A stretch of DNA of 64,000 nucleotides from Camelus ferus (lineage: Eukaryota), in NCBI RefSeq assembly GCF_009834535.1, contig NC_045696.1, forward strand, positions 15,068,001 through 15,132,000, in the 5' to 3' direction. Below, piece by piece: positions 25,661-39,180 of this stretch (its first letter is position 1; every line of letters starts with the position of its first letter). Both the position numbers and the translations under genes were made by a program. The notes beneath the pieces were generated by a model. That model worked only from the letters and a program-made list of their open reading frames with translations. It made no database searches and was not told where the DNA came from.

Positions 25661-27238
25661 TTCCTTAGATATGAGTCTGGATAACATCACAGATCATGGG
25701 GAGTCTCTTCCTATTAGAATATTTTTAGTAAACTCTGAACTGTAGAACTCTGTTTTGTGCCCATCATCACTTAATATTTTACCTAAATGGCTATGTATAT
25801 TGTTATATGAAATATTTTTGTTATTCTGATAGTCAGTTGACCTCAAGTCAATGCTTAGTGTCACCACTCAAATGATAACCCTTAAAGATGTTGGATTGGT
25901 TAAAGATATCCCATAATGCACGATAACCCTGAAAAGTAAGGCAGTCAAGAGCTTGCTCCCTCGTGCTTTCTTCCTCCCACATGTCTTCACAATTAAACTC
26001 AGACTGATAAGAAATTCTCAGCTCCAGTAAGGAGCACATGGAGACATTACTGCCTTTTAAAACCATCACCGTCTCCTACATACATGGGTAAAAAACATAA
26101 TAATACTAGTAGTAACTAGCAGAAATAGAATTGAGGGAATGCAATAATAAACATAAACAAGTAAAACTATTACCTCAGCAGCACAAGGCTCTGGCGTACT
26201 GATTTCTAAAGCAAAATCTAGAAAAACTGTCAACTTTTTTTCAGATGTTTCCCATTCTTGCACAGATTGAACAATTTTAGGACAGTCTGGATTGGTTCTT
26301 TATACTGATCTTCGTGAGTAGGAATTCCAAGAATGTTAAACAGCTGTCATTCACACAGATAAACCTAGAGCCCGTGAAGCTAAAAGATGTCAATGTCCAA
26401 AAAAATGAGCTGCTATTAGCAACAATGTCAGTCTACTGAAATGTATTAAATAAATAGAAGAATAAGGCACAATACAAATAGTTGCTGATCACCACACTCA
26501 GTCTTGAGGCCACAGATGACCTCAGAAATATTCTACCTAGTGACATCTGTGTACAGGGAAAAAAATATTTGCCCTTGACAAACACATTATTTTATAAACA
26601 CTTCAGATATCTTTTTTGTTTAGATTATCTTATCTAATAGACTCAGAAGTGAAATGCCAAAAATCTTTCCTGCTTCATTCTTCATATCAGTTTCCAAAAT
26701 GACACCAAGATTATTCCGAATTTTTAACTTCCTGCAATTCATTTGTTCTCCACTGTACAAGTCACTTTAGTATAAAGCTAATAACAAAAGAAAGTTGGCG
26801 CCACAGTACAGCTGAGCTGAGCCCTTAGTATGTGACAAGTATAAATCACTAGGCAGAACAAGGCTGTAAACACATATCATGTGCTGACCTTGCATTCCCT
26901 CAAGTCTATTTCCGCTACTTCCAGCTCCCATTTGAAAGAACTGCAAGTCCCACAGTTGTGCCAGTGTTTATTTTGGTGGTCAACAATCAAGTGGAATTAA
27001 CAAAAATGAACAGTGGGTTTTATATTATTGGCAAGAGTGTTCAGTCTCTTAAGGATTTACTGTATTTTTTGAACAGCCTTGAATATTTTTATTTTGTTTT
27101 GATTTTGACAAGTGGGAAATAAATTCAGAAATCCTAAATATTAGAAAAGGTTTTATTTGGGAATCCAAAAATTTAGAGCTATGAATTGATTATATAGGAA
27201 GAAAAAAAATCTGCCCAGTGGAAACCTTAATTCTATAT

Positions 27239-27778
27239 TGTGGTAGGTTAACTGTAAAAACATCCCCAGTTATTCCCCTCCTGGTACCTGCACCTTTTGC
27301 AATGTGGCTTTTCAAAACTCCTCCCATTACGTGGTAAAGTCTATTTACCCAGCCCTTTAAAATGTGCAGGCCTTGTGACTTGCTTGGTCCAATTTGCAGC
27401 AGATGTCACGTTGTGCCAGTTTTAAACTGAGGCCTCAAGAGGCCTTATATAATTCTACTCAGTCTTTTGAAACTCTGCCTATGCTCTGAGTAAAAGTCTA
27501 GATTAGCATGCTGGAGAATCAGAGACTTGGTAGCAGGCAGCCTTACTGTCCTAACCAGTGTCATCCTAGACCAGCCTGCAGACAGCCAGCTTTCAAGCAT
27601 GCAGGACACCCCATTCAAGATTAGCAGAGCTGCTTCTTCAACCCACAGCTAATCGTAGATGGATGAGTGCAGCTAGGACCAGAGATTCCCAATGGATTCA
27701 AGATTCATGAGAAATAATTAATGCTTGGCAGTGAATTTCATTTTACAGCATTATGATATCAAGAGATAATTGGAGTCA
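27239..27778 (+). mobile_element. MaLR solo LTR (MLT1H/G-like)
   Basis: tgtggtagg...ggccttgtgacttgcttggtccaat...tgtgccagtt...ggcctcaagaggcctt...gataattggagtca. Confidence 0.88.
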
Positions 27779-28240
27779 TATGAAAACAGAGAAGCGAGTT
27801 ACAGCTCTCTGTAGTCTCTTGGCTGTTGTATGATGCAGGCCCAGAACTACTTCCGAGAATCAATTTAAGTTGATCTTAAAAATTAAGCTAATGAAGCTAA
27901 TTAAGATACCTGATTCCTACACTGACAAAGATGGTTGGGGTCTAATACAAAGTAAGTTTCCAATAAGTTATCTCATGCATTTACTAACTAATATGTTTCT
28001 AAGCAGAGTCCCAAAAATCTAAAGTGGATTCAAAAACTGGAATTAGGCAAATTCCTATCTACTTTAAGGAAAGAGACATAACAAGTCTGCATTTTCCAAA
28101 CAGCTATTTTGTTAAGACTATAAAAGAGGATCTCAAGGCCCTAAGAGAAAAGAGAAGTCAGAGCCTTGTGCAGAGATGAGCCTTAAACCCAGGACAGTGA
28201 ATAGCTATATTGGAGGTGGTTACATGAAGAGCGAGCATTT

Positions 28241-28374
28241 AAAGACTCTAATATGAAAAGATACATGCACCCCAATGTTCATAGCAGCATTAATTACAAT
28301 AGCCAGCACATGGAAGCAACCTAAATGTCCATGGACAGATGACTGGATAAAAAAGATATGGTGTATGTACACAC

Positions 28375-28430
<56 letters not shown>

Positions 28431-28943
28431 GGAATACTACTAAGCTTTAAAAAAGGATAAAATAATGTTGTTTGCAGCAACATGTATGGACCTAGAGATC
28501 ATCATTCTAAATGAAGTAAGCCAGAGAGAAAAAGACAAATACCATATGGTATCACTTATATGTGAAAGTCTAAAAAATGAGACAAATCAACTTATTTACA
28601 AAACAGAAACAGACTCACATAGAAAAAAACTTGGTTACCAAGGGGGAAAGAGGAGGGTGGAAGAGGTAAATTGGGAGTTTAAGACTTGCATGTACTAACT
28701 GCTATATATAAAGCAGATAAACATCAAGGGCTCACTGTATAGCACAGGGAACTAAATTCAATACCTTGTAATAGTGGATAATAAAAAAGAATCAGAAAAG
28801 GAATAGATAGATAGGTAGGCAGATAGATAAACAGATAGAACTGAATCACTGTGCTGTATATCAGAAGGTAACACAACATTGTAAACCAACAGTTAGAAAA
28901 TAAGTAAATAAGTAAGTAAGTAAGGTAAATAAATAAATAAAAA
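28241..28943 (+). mobile_element. 5'-truncated cetartiodactyl-type L1 3' end
   Basis: ORF2 tail peptide (FIAALITIASTWKQPKCP, 28275-28460), 3'UTR ctgtatagcacagggaact and an A-rich (TAAA/TAAG)n tail. Confidence 0.94.
28379..28428. repeat. (CA)n microsatellite inside L1
   Basis: About 25 uninterrupted CA units. Confidence 0.97.
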
Positions 28944-29121
28944 CTAGGGGAAGAAAACTGGAAAAAAAGGGAGGGTGCATGGGAACAAGTAAGGAGACAA
29001 GATCCAAGGGTCTTTTCCATAGATCAGCTTATGTTTACAGTTCTCCTTTAGGGCCCAGCAAATGTGTGCTGTGTATCAGTTCTTGGTTGCATTAAGGAGC
29101 AAGAAGCAAAACAAACAGCCG

Positions 29122-29335
29122 TGGTATTGGATGCTGTGGCGTGGTTCTCAGATTTCCCCCTTCAAAACTGAGGTGTTTCATCCTCCAGATGCCTGGAGCT
29201 CTGTCGGCTGACTGTCCAAAGTTGAGGACTTCCCCAGGAATTGCTTTCAGCCAAATGGAGCTGCCTGGCTCTCTCTCATCCCAGAGGAAGCACGCATCCA
29301 TTGACTGGTTAATGCAGGGAACAAAGGCCCAAGCT
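29122..29335 (+). mobile_element. LTR16-family (ERV-L) LTR, 5' part
   Basis: ggatgctgtggcgtgg...cccccttcaaaactgagg...ccccaggaattgctttcagccaaatggagctgcct...catccattgactggttaatgc. Confidence 0.8.
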
Positions 29336-29759
29336 GCTGTCCCCACAGAGCAAAGCGGAGGGCCAGACGGGCCGTGCACGCGTGGTGGAGCAAAGGAAGG
29401 AGAAGATCCCTTAGCTTGAGAGGCATCTGTCTTTTCACAGCAAGCAGTGAGTAAACCTGATCTTTGTCTCAGAGGGACATCACCTGCTCCTTAAAAGTTG
29501 TTTGCTCCCAACCCAACCCTACTCCTTGCGTAAAGGATACCCCGTCTGCGTTCCTGACATACATGGCAAGATGTATAGGAGCACAAGAGACCCACGGAGT
29601 ATTGTCCTCCGACAAGGGCCGAGGCTTGAAGTTTCTCCATTTACCTCATTTTTATGTTTGCCTAGGCAAAGGCTGATTGAAATCTTGAAATAGCTCTTCC
29701 CAGATGAGCCAAACTTATTCTACAAATCAAGTAAGTCTACCTGACAATGGAGTGAACTG

Positions 29760-30023
29760 ACGTGGGTACTTGAGATGCTACCCAGATCCCCACTCGCTCC
29801 ACCAGCTGCTGGAAGTGTTGCCTAATCATGGCTTGTAACTGATTTTCTCCCCAGAAATTTCATCTAGTCAGAGAGCTGTCACACCCAAGTTTCTTCCTCT
29901 GCCCAATTCTCCTTTCTTTCCCTCTTTATAGACATTCCTGAGACAGATGTTTCTGAGAGGCGTAACCAGTACATGCAAATTTCCATCCCAGCATCTTATT
30001 TTCCAAAGAATACATCTATAACA
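29760..30023 (+). mobile_element. Second LTR16-family LTR, internally deleted
   Basis: gatgctacccagatcccc...ccagctgctggaagtgttg...cttcctctgcccaattctcc...catgcaaatttccatcccagc...ataaca. Confidence 0.72.
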
Positions 30024-30134
30024 TCAACATAAACAACAGGACCATCTGAATGTTTGAGGTTTTACACATCCATGCATCTAATATTCATGTTGATACTGTT
30101 ACTTCAGCCTAGTCTCAGATAGTAGCTATTTTCT

Positions 30135-30165
30135 AAAAAAAGAAAGAAGAAAAGAAAGAAAGAAA

Positions 30166-30198
<33 letters not shown>

Positions 30199-30323
30199 AG
30201 AAAGAAAGAAAGAGAAGAAAGAAAGAAGAAAGAAAGAAAGAAGAAAGAAAGAAAGAAAGAAGAAGAAAGAAGAAAGAAAGAAAGAAAAAAGAAAGAAGAG
30301 AAAGAAAGAAAGAAAGAAAGAAA

Positions 30324-30367
<44 letters not shown>

Positions 30368-30370
30368 AAA
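30135..30370. repeat. Compound (GAAA)n/(GAA)n polypurine tract
   Basis: About 236 nt containing only A and G on the + strand. It is the source of the spurious F/L/S ORFs. Confidence 0.98.
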
Positions 30371-31049
30371 TAAACACATTTTTTTCTGAAAAACAAGTGG
30401 CTAGAAGGTGCCCTCTCATCCTATCGTGTTATGTTTCCTGCCCTTCTCAAAACACTACTTGATCTTTTACATCATGCACTGTTTACTCTGTGGTCTACAT
30501 TTTTGTATTTTTATACATTCTTCCAAAATAGTGAATTTGGAGAATCCCTTCCCTCCTAAATTACTGCCATTCCACTCTCTCTACCTGGAAAGACAAATTT
30601 GAAGAATCATGGATTAATTCAGGACAGATTCTTTGAAGACTAAAATCAGTAGTCACTGCTGTAGCATTGCTGGATCTTATTTAATGTACAATAATTGTAC
30701 TTGACATATCTAATCATGCTGATAAAATCATACTAAATTCTGGTGCCAAAAAATGGTCTGACAACTATCACAGTCCAATTATAATTAATTTACATAGGAT
30801 TGGATTTTTGCATTAAATTTAGTAATGCTATAAAAAATTAAATATAATGATTAACACAAAAAATTCAAGATGGTGATTTTCCCTAGGAGAAGATGGGTAC
30901 TTTTTGCAGAAGTACACACAGGAGATTCCATCTTTCCATTCTCTACAACTCATGATGCATATTACTATATTTTAAACCTTAAACATACCTTGTACATGCT
31001 TTTGTATGTATAAGACTTCATAAAAATCAATATTTGTATTATTGCTATC

Positions 31050-32240
31050 TAACTCAGTTATATTTGGTCAAAGTGTCATCTGTATAATTCAAATCCTGTA
31101 AAATTTGAGATTACTTATGACTAGCATATGATCAATCTTCTGAATGTTCCACATGCACTTTGAAATAATATGTATTCTGCACTGGTTTAATATGCATTTG
31201 ATAGCTGTGTTCTATGAATACACTAGGTCAAGTTAGTTGAGAGTATTGCTCAAGTGCTAAATCCTTAGTGCATTTTTATTTTTTCTATTAATACTGAGAG
31301 TCATTATAGAAATTGCCAGCTTTTAATGGCAATTATCCTATTACATCTTTCAGTTTTTACTTCTAATATTTTGAAGTTACGTTATTCTGTGAATACACAT
31401 TTAAGACTATTACGTTTATTGATGAATTGATCCTTTCATCATTATGAAATGTTGTTCTATTTACCTTTATTAGTATTTCTTGCCCTGAAGTCTAATTTTT
31501 CTAATATTAATATAACCTCTTGGGCTTACTCATGGCTAGGGTTTCCACGATGTTTCTTCTGTCATTATACTTTAACTTTTCTGCATCTCACAAACAGTAC
31601 ATAGTTGAGACTTGCTTTTGTATTCTGTCTAACAATACTGTACCTCTGACTCATGTGTTTAGCCACTTGTATTTATTATAATTACTGATAATTCCATTTT
31701 ATTAACTCTATGGGCATATTAATATGTATCTTTTAAATTTGTCTCTAGTGGCTGTTCTAGAGTTTGCAATATGCATCTTATAAAATCATAGTCTACACTT
31801 ATATAATATTATACACCTCACATTTAATACACACCCTTACAATATATTTCTATTTCCCTCCCTTGTACTTATATTATTATTTTTACCTCTACATATTGTA
31901 TAAACTTCTCACAATATATTTTAATTGTTTTTGTTTTAAATAAATCCATGTAAGAAAATACTTTTTTTGCAAATGAAAAAAGCCTTTTCTAGTTATCTGC
32001 TTAATCATTATTTCTAGTTCTCTTTTGAATAATATTTTTCTTCAGCCTGAAGAACTTTCAGATTAATCTTCTAGAAAAAAATTTTTGGCAATGAATTTTT
32101 GTTTCTGCTTTTGATCGTTAAAGGACATGAATATATTCTATGTTGTTGGAAATAGAATTTGAGGTCAAGGGTTTGTTTTGTTGTTTACTCTCCCTTTCTG
32201 TACTTTAAGGATTGTAATCCTTTCAAGTTCTTTTTTGGTT
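31050..32240 (-). mobile_element. Old L1M (ORF2 endonuclease start and inter-ORF region)
   Basis: gaatgttccacatgcactttgaaataatatgtattctgc...gatgaattgatcctttcatcattatgaaatg matches reverse L1 ORF2 5' sequence. Confidence 0.85.
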
Positions 32241-32614
32241 TACACACCAGCTGTTTATCTGTGTACTGTTACACATAACAAAATGAAATTCTATCTTGTA
32301 AGAGTCACTGTAGTTTAGAGCCTATAAACACATAAAAATTAAAATACACAAACAAAAATGGGAAAATGGAGATCATCTATCTACATAGGAAATTGATGAG
32401 CTTGGAAATTAAGGAAAAATTTCCTATACATCTTTGGTGATATGATTTTAGAATTTCATCTGTCTAGTTACTTTAGAAGAAGCTGTATTCTCTTCAAAGT
32501 GTAGAAAGTTAGGTTTTGTTAGTACTAAGAATTCTGCTGTTCTCTGAATGTCTGTCTTGTTCCTATCAACTAAATTGACTCAGAGACAAGAAGAAAACTC
32601 AAGTTCTTAAAAGC

Positions 32615-32763
32615 TATAGTAATGGAATTTTTCTATGTCTTAATTGTGATGATGTTTTCCTAACTATGCATTTGTCAGAATTTATAGAACTGTTTAACTT
32701 AAAGGAGGGAATTTGATGGTGAGTATACTATAGCTCAATAAACCTAACTTAAGAAAAAAAAAT
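32615..32763 (+). mobile_element. L1MC/L1ME extreme 3' end
   Basis: ttctatgtcttaattgtgatgatg...catttgtcagaatttatagaactg...ctcaataaacctaacttaagaaaaaaa. Confidence 0.75.
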
Positions 32764-33436
32764 TCAGTAACTTAGGCAGAACTTAGGACAATTTCTGGCA
32801 TATAGTAAGCATGTAGAAAATGCTAACTGCTTTTGTTACTACTATCATTATTTTTATTATTATTGAAATGACAAAGACATTTTTCAACAAGTGCACAGCA
32901 ACAATTTCCATACCATAGAATGGAAAAGTGATGCAGTTTCATTATCAAATATTGAAATGGTCTAATAAATAATTCTATAAAATCACAAATAAGGTAAATA
33001 GCAAATTTACATTTAGAAATAACAATACAAATCAAGCATTATACCCTTTTGCTTTTACACCATTCTATCTAAATTTCTAAACAGATTAAAGCATCCATGT
33101 GCATTTACTCATGCAATATTTACTGACCATTTGCCATGCATCAGTTTTTCGCTATGCGTTGACAATCTACTGGTTAAAAAAATATATATTTGCATAACCA
33201 AATCATATAATAATATTAGTGTCAAAAATATTTAGGAACTATATCAAACTAAAGCCTAAATAGAAATATATTTATATAATTTCAAAGGAGAATGTTTCTG
33301 TGCTACATGGTTGGCGGTAGTCAAGTAGAGCAATTGACGATGAAGTACATATGTAACATTATTACATCAAGTTATCATTAGGAAAAAACAAAGTTTAATG
33401 GGGAGTTGTGACATACAATTATGTTCGAATGAGGGA

Positions 33437-33996
33437 TGTTCCAGTTACTATTGCTGCATAACAAATGATATCAAACCTCGTGTCACACACACACAAAACT
33501 GTTTTAAAAGTGTTGTAGATGCTTGAGGTTCAAGATGGCTTGTCTTATCTACAATATATAGGGATACACCTGGGAAGACTTGCTAACTGAAGGCTAAAAT
33601 CATGTGGTGGTGGTTTCTTTACTCACACATCTGGTGGTTGATGTTGCTTTTCGGCTGAGACTTGAGCGGGGCTGTTGGTTGGACACTTACAAAGGGCCTC
33701 ATGTCTAATTAATGTCTAAGAATTCTCATTTGGACTTCCTCCCAGCATGGTAACAGAAAGCAAATATCCCAAGAGAACAAAGTAAAAACGTATAACATTT
33801 TTATAATCAAACCTTTGGAATTTCAAAGCATCTTTCAATTATATGGTATTGGTTAAAACAAAGGTCTACAGAATTGCAAAGTGGAGGGTGAGCAAGGCAT
33901 ATCCTACCACATCACAGGTTACAATGGAAGGAATATCAAAGACACATTAAAAAGAGCATGAAGGATGGATCATTTTGGAAAATGCAGTCTGCTATG
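33437..33996 (-). mobile_element. MaLR solo LTR (MLT1F/G-like)
   Basis: tgttccagttactattgctgcataacaaa...actcacacatctggtggttgatg...cattttggaaaatgcagtctgc. Confidence 0.85.
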
Positions 33997-35309
33997 AAAG
34001 GTGAAATTTTGCCATGGGATTATATTAATATTGATAAAATTAACAATCGGCAATTGACCATTTGAAAAATATAGTAATTGGCATCTAAGTTCATGAACCT
34101 CGCATATCTTGCCTTAAATATTTAGATTCTCAGTAAAATCAGGAGTCTCAAGTCATTTTCATTCTATAGGAAAGTTTTCTATTGATATTTAGGTCATAGA
34201 AGCAAAACTTGTTATTTATAACTAGCCATATTTATCAGACATTTATTCACAACATTTATCAAATGCTCATTAAGTGATAAACGCTAACTACAAATAGCAA
34301 TTCATCCTGTTTTCCATTTAGAACTACTATATTAGACACTGCCAATTTTGAGTATTTTTGTTTCTTTACAATGATACGCATTTTACTTCTACGGAGATTT
34401 TTTTCTCAGCTTATAAATGTTAGTTGGATGTTTTTCAATTGATTACTATTAAGGAAGTTCAACTAGACTAATATGCCTTTTGGGGAATGGGCTGAGATGA
34501 GGAATTTTACACTGCTGTTACTGTTATTATTTCCATGACAACATTGTTCTATGGGATTGAATTTAAAATCACAGGGTATCAATCAATAATGACCAACAAG
34601 AGCAACCTCTATAAAACTGAAGCTAAAAACCTTACACAAGAGTATTAGGGATCCAAGTGCAATATTCTCAGGTGTGTAAACAGCATATTTCTTCTCCAAC
34701 TTGGGCAAAATTCAGCTAATCATGTCAATAACATAAGAACACCAAATCTTTTTTCTAGTATCCTTTCCTCAGGTTGCCCTGGATCCATACCCATCCCTCT
34801 TTGAAAGACCTAAGTAGAAGATGGACCTAATAAGGATGCTAGCTACTGACCAAGTCTGTTTTATATTCCAGAATGGTGCAAGAGAGGAGTGTGAGTAGTT
34901 CTGGTTGATGAAGTGCAGATGAGAATAATGTAGGTCCTCTCATTAAAGGACCTGCTCTTGTTCAATGTCCAGATACCAGGGATCAGCAGAGGACTTCAAG
35001 ACTCCAGAGGACTTTGAAACACTTGATAACAATGGAGAGTAGTAGATAGAAAGATCTTTGACTCACCACTGGGAAAAGCTTTACAGAAGTTTTACAATAA
35101 ATATCTACATTGAAATTGGTACAAGGATAAATTTTACCCTCTTCTGAAATGTGGGAGATTGTATTTTACATCAGTTAGCCTACCCTGATCAGTATTGCTA
35201 GTATTGTGGGACAGAGGTATCTGTAGTCTCAGTGTTAATAGCTGAAGAAAATTATTAATTACATGTAAAGAAGGGTATCAAGATTTTTAAAAAATAATAA
35301 AAAAAAATG

Positions 35310-35680
35310 GTAGTATGGTAGACCCATAAGATCTTCTCCGTGTACACCAGCTCATCTACTCAGGCTTTCTCCAGACCTTGGGATCTTGTTTGTTTCCTAC
35401 GGGAGAGGCATAGTGTTAACTCAAGGACTTCCCGTGTCCAGACCACACTCGTTCCTCTACCACCTCCAAAGGCTGGGACAACCCTCATGCTCTGCATTGG
35501 CTGATGGGGAAAGACTGCCCTATCTTTCCACTGGCCAAACTGGAGCTGGGGAATTTCTGCTTCTTCTGGCTGCCCAAAGGAGGCCAAATTTCAGAGCCTG
35601 AAGATGTGGGCAAGGCAATGCTTCATGGTGTACACCTTGACCAATGAAAAACAGGATGCCAGATTTTCCTCTTCAGTAAA
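35310..35680 (+). mobile_element. Probable old ERV-L-class LTR fragment
   Basis: GC-richer block ending ggtgtacaccttgaccaatgaaaaacagga, resembling LTR41/LTR33-type CCAAT segments. Family uncertain. Confidence 0.35.
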
Positions 35681-37769
35681 ATCTTAGAAATGCAAATATG
35701 AAAAGAGTTCACCCAAATCAAGCCAGTGTTTCCTTATAAAACACCCAAATTTTCTTGCATATAAATAGGTTAATTTTGAGAAATGTTCTAACATAGAAAA
35801 TCAATTGCTCAGTAAATAAAGGCCGATTTTCTGGTAAATAAACATTTGGAACCAGAAATAATGTAAAAAGTTTTAAGCTGTTGTGAGTAGGTGCAGTTTT
35901 ATACCTCTGGTAAATATGTGGCTTCTGTGCTTTTAAATTATCCTTGTAACTTTGAAACCACATTCTGATTAAACCCCGGATGATTTAAAAAAAATGAATC
36001 ATAGCCTAAGGAAGTCATAATTCTAGAGAAGCTGTTATGTGTTAGACAAATGTGAGTAACACTAAAAATTTTTGTATTAGACAAAAGTAAAGCATTTTGG
36101 CTTATGTGAATAAAACACAGCTGAATGATAATGATGATCAGTGTAGTCATGTATGTGTTCCTCCTTCTTCAACCCCACCAGACCTGTGGCTGATAAATAT
36201 TCACAAAAAAAATGCTCCGATATCAGATTAAATTATCTGTTTAGAGTTTAGTTTTGCCACGAGATTGATCATAACACTTAAAGTTAGAGACTGTTATTTA
36301 TATATTCTTATTTTTCCTAAATATTAATATTATATGATGTATCTTTTAAATAGTAGGGAAACAATGAAGATGAGTGAAACTATAAGAAGAAAGATAAACA
36401 TTTGAGGCTGGAAATAAATTACTGAAAAAGGAAGCATTATGGGAGATATCTTAAGAAATTAACATTTTCATTAATTCTTCTATGATCACAAGCCCTTCAG
36501 AAAAACTGTGTGTGAGTACCACACATAAAACAGCACATTAAGAAACATCATATAACAATTCCAGAAAATAATCTTGCTTGTAGAAATGTTTTTCATCAGT
36601 GTAACATAAACTTTCATGGCAATAGGATCACTTGAGGATAAAGAATACTGGATTGCTGTAGAGCCATAAATTACAAATTCCAACCAGTTGACAGATTCAG
36701 CATAAAAAGAGGAAAATGCAAGCTCAAAAGTTTTAAATGTAAATATGTTACCCAAAACCATTAAAAAAATCAGTTTTCTTGATACTTTCAAAGCTATTCT
36801 TCAAAAAAAATTGTATCAGGAGACAGTACTGTTTGAACTTTGAAGCTGGTTCCCAAGAGAAAGGGACTGCATTTGTCCTATTCATTGTGAAAATATAAAT
36901 ACAATTACAAGATTTATTTCCCATTATTGCTTCGAGGCATCTCAGGTCTGCAGTTAGACTTTATCTACTGCGTAATTCTAAACTTTTCTATATAAAGCTA
37001 TTGCTATAAGAGATCTCTTTCTTTACTTAAGACCTTTCTGACTGGTACTCATGCCATTGTAGAAGCATTCATCTCTCATGACCATATTGATGGGATTTAG
37101 TAACCAAGTCAAGAAGATAGCAGGGGGTCAAAAGATTTGGAATTCTTCTGGCAGTGAGATAATCAATGAGGCTCTATGAGCTGCTGGATATGACATCATT
37201 TTGGAAGTATTTTGCCCTGTGCTTGTTACTGAGTAATTTTATAATCTGCTTTGGGGACAAATCACACGTATTCCTTTCACTCTTGTATTGCTGCAAGATT
37301 TAGTTATGGAATCTTGTTCTGTATAGTAGCACAGGCTGGTAGATTTGTATGTTTGGTGAGGGGGAAAGAATAAGTTATAAACTGGACACAAAGGGACTCT
37401 CTTTGATCTCACAACAGAGATGACACAGGAGTCTGATTACAAAGACATCACAGGACGTTCTAAGAGCAATGATATCACATAAGGCTCACACTTCTCCCTC
37501 TATGCATTTGCCTCTTTCTTTCTTAGCTCAAAATTCTATCACCAGGCTTGTGTCAGAAGTTTCAGACACATGCATCCCGTTTCCACTACAGCTTTGTCTC
37601 TTTCAAATTTCTGTGTTAATCTGTCCCCATTTGAACTCTCTCTCAACCTCAGCCTCCCTTGAACTTAAATTCAATTGCATCTCTCAACTTTCTTTACCCA
37701 ACTGTACCCTCCTTCTTTATTGTACATCCTACTAAGCTTATATTTAATGATCCAATCTTTCAATTTCAA

Positions 37770-39180
37770 GGAGTAGAATTGCTGGATCATATGGTAATTC
37801 TATTCTTAGCTTTTTGAGAAACCTCCATACTGTTTCCCACAGTGACTGTACCAAATTATATTCCCACCACCAGTCCACAAGTACTGCCTTTTCTCCACAC
37901 TCTTGCCAAGTCCACATCCTTGCCAACTTTTGTTATTTGTAGACTTTTTTGATGATAGACATTCTGACAGGTGTGAGGTGATACTGTTGTTTTGATTTGA
38001 ATGTCTCTAAAAATTAGCTATGTTTAATAACTTTTCATGTGCCTATTAGCCACATGTATGTCTTCTTTGGGAAAAAAATGTGTGTTTTTTAGGTCTTTTG
38101 CCCATTTTTTTATTGGATTCTTTTATACTGATTTTGATATTGATTTGTATGAGTTGTTTTTATATTTGAATATTAATTCCTTGTCAGCCACGTCATTTGC
38201 AAATATTTTCTCCTATCCCATATCCCTTTTCATTTTGTTGATGATTTCCTTTGCTGTGCAAAAGCTTCTCAGTTTAACTAGGTCCCATTTGTTTATTTTT
38301 GCTTTTATTTATTTTTCATTAAGATATAGATCCAAAAAAATGTTGTTATGATTTATGTCAAAGAGTGTTCTTTGTATGTTCCCTTCTAGGAGTTCTAGGT
38401 TTCAGGTCTTAGATTTAGGCCTTTAATCCATTTTGAGTTTATTTAGGTATATGGTGTTAGAAAATGCTCTAGTTTCATTCTTTTACATGTAGCTGTCCAG
38501 TTTTCCAGCACCACTTATTGAAGAGACTGTCTTTTCTTCTTCATATATTCTTGCCTCCTTGTCATAGATTATTTGACCATAAGTGTGTGGGTTTATTTCT
38601 GGGCTTTCTATTCTGTTTCATTGATCTATATGTCTATTTTTGTGCCAGTGTCATGCTGTTTTGATTACTATAGCTTTGTAGTATAGTTTGAAAAGAAGGT
38701 AATTCTTCCAGCTTTGTTCTTCTTTTCTCAAGAATGCTTTGGCAATTTGAGGTCTTCTGTGGTTCCATATGAAGTTTAGGATTATTTGTTCTAGTTCTGT
38801 GAACAATGCCGTGATATTTTGATAGGGATCACATTCAACCTGTAGACTTCTTTGGGTAGTATGGGCATTTTAACAATATTAATTCTTCCCATCCAAGAGC
38901 ACATGATATCTTTCCACTTCTTTGAACCATCTTCAATTTCCTTAATCAATAATTCACAGTTTTCAGAATATCGGTCTTTCATTCCCTTGGTTAAGTATAT
39001 TCCTAGGTTTTTATTCTTTTTGATGCAATTCTAAATGAATTTTTGTTTGTCTTTGAGTTTTTTTCTTCATTCTCTTTCTGATAGTTTATTATTAATGTAT
39101 AGAAAAGCAATAGATTTGCATATGGCACAATACTTTATATAGAAAACTCTGAAAGTCTCCACCCAAAACCTGTTAGAACT
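37770..39180 (-). mobile_element. L1 ORF2 segment (RT to C-terminal region) with inverted 5' piece at 39114-39180
   Basis: Minus-strand ORFs 37744-37926 (ETVWRFLKKLRIELPYDPAI) and 38791-38982 (KWKDIMCSWMGRINIVKMPILPK) are L1 ORF2. 39114-39180 is the forward-oriented decayed FADD-motif segment. Confidence 0.95.

Noticed and set aside
30104..30419. Three overlapping F/L/S-rich ORFs that look like membrane proteins
   Set aside because: They are translations of the (TTTC)n strand of the GAAA microsatellite.
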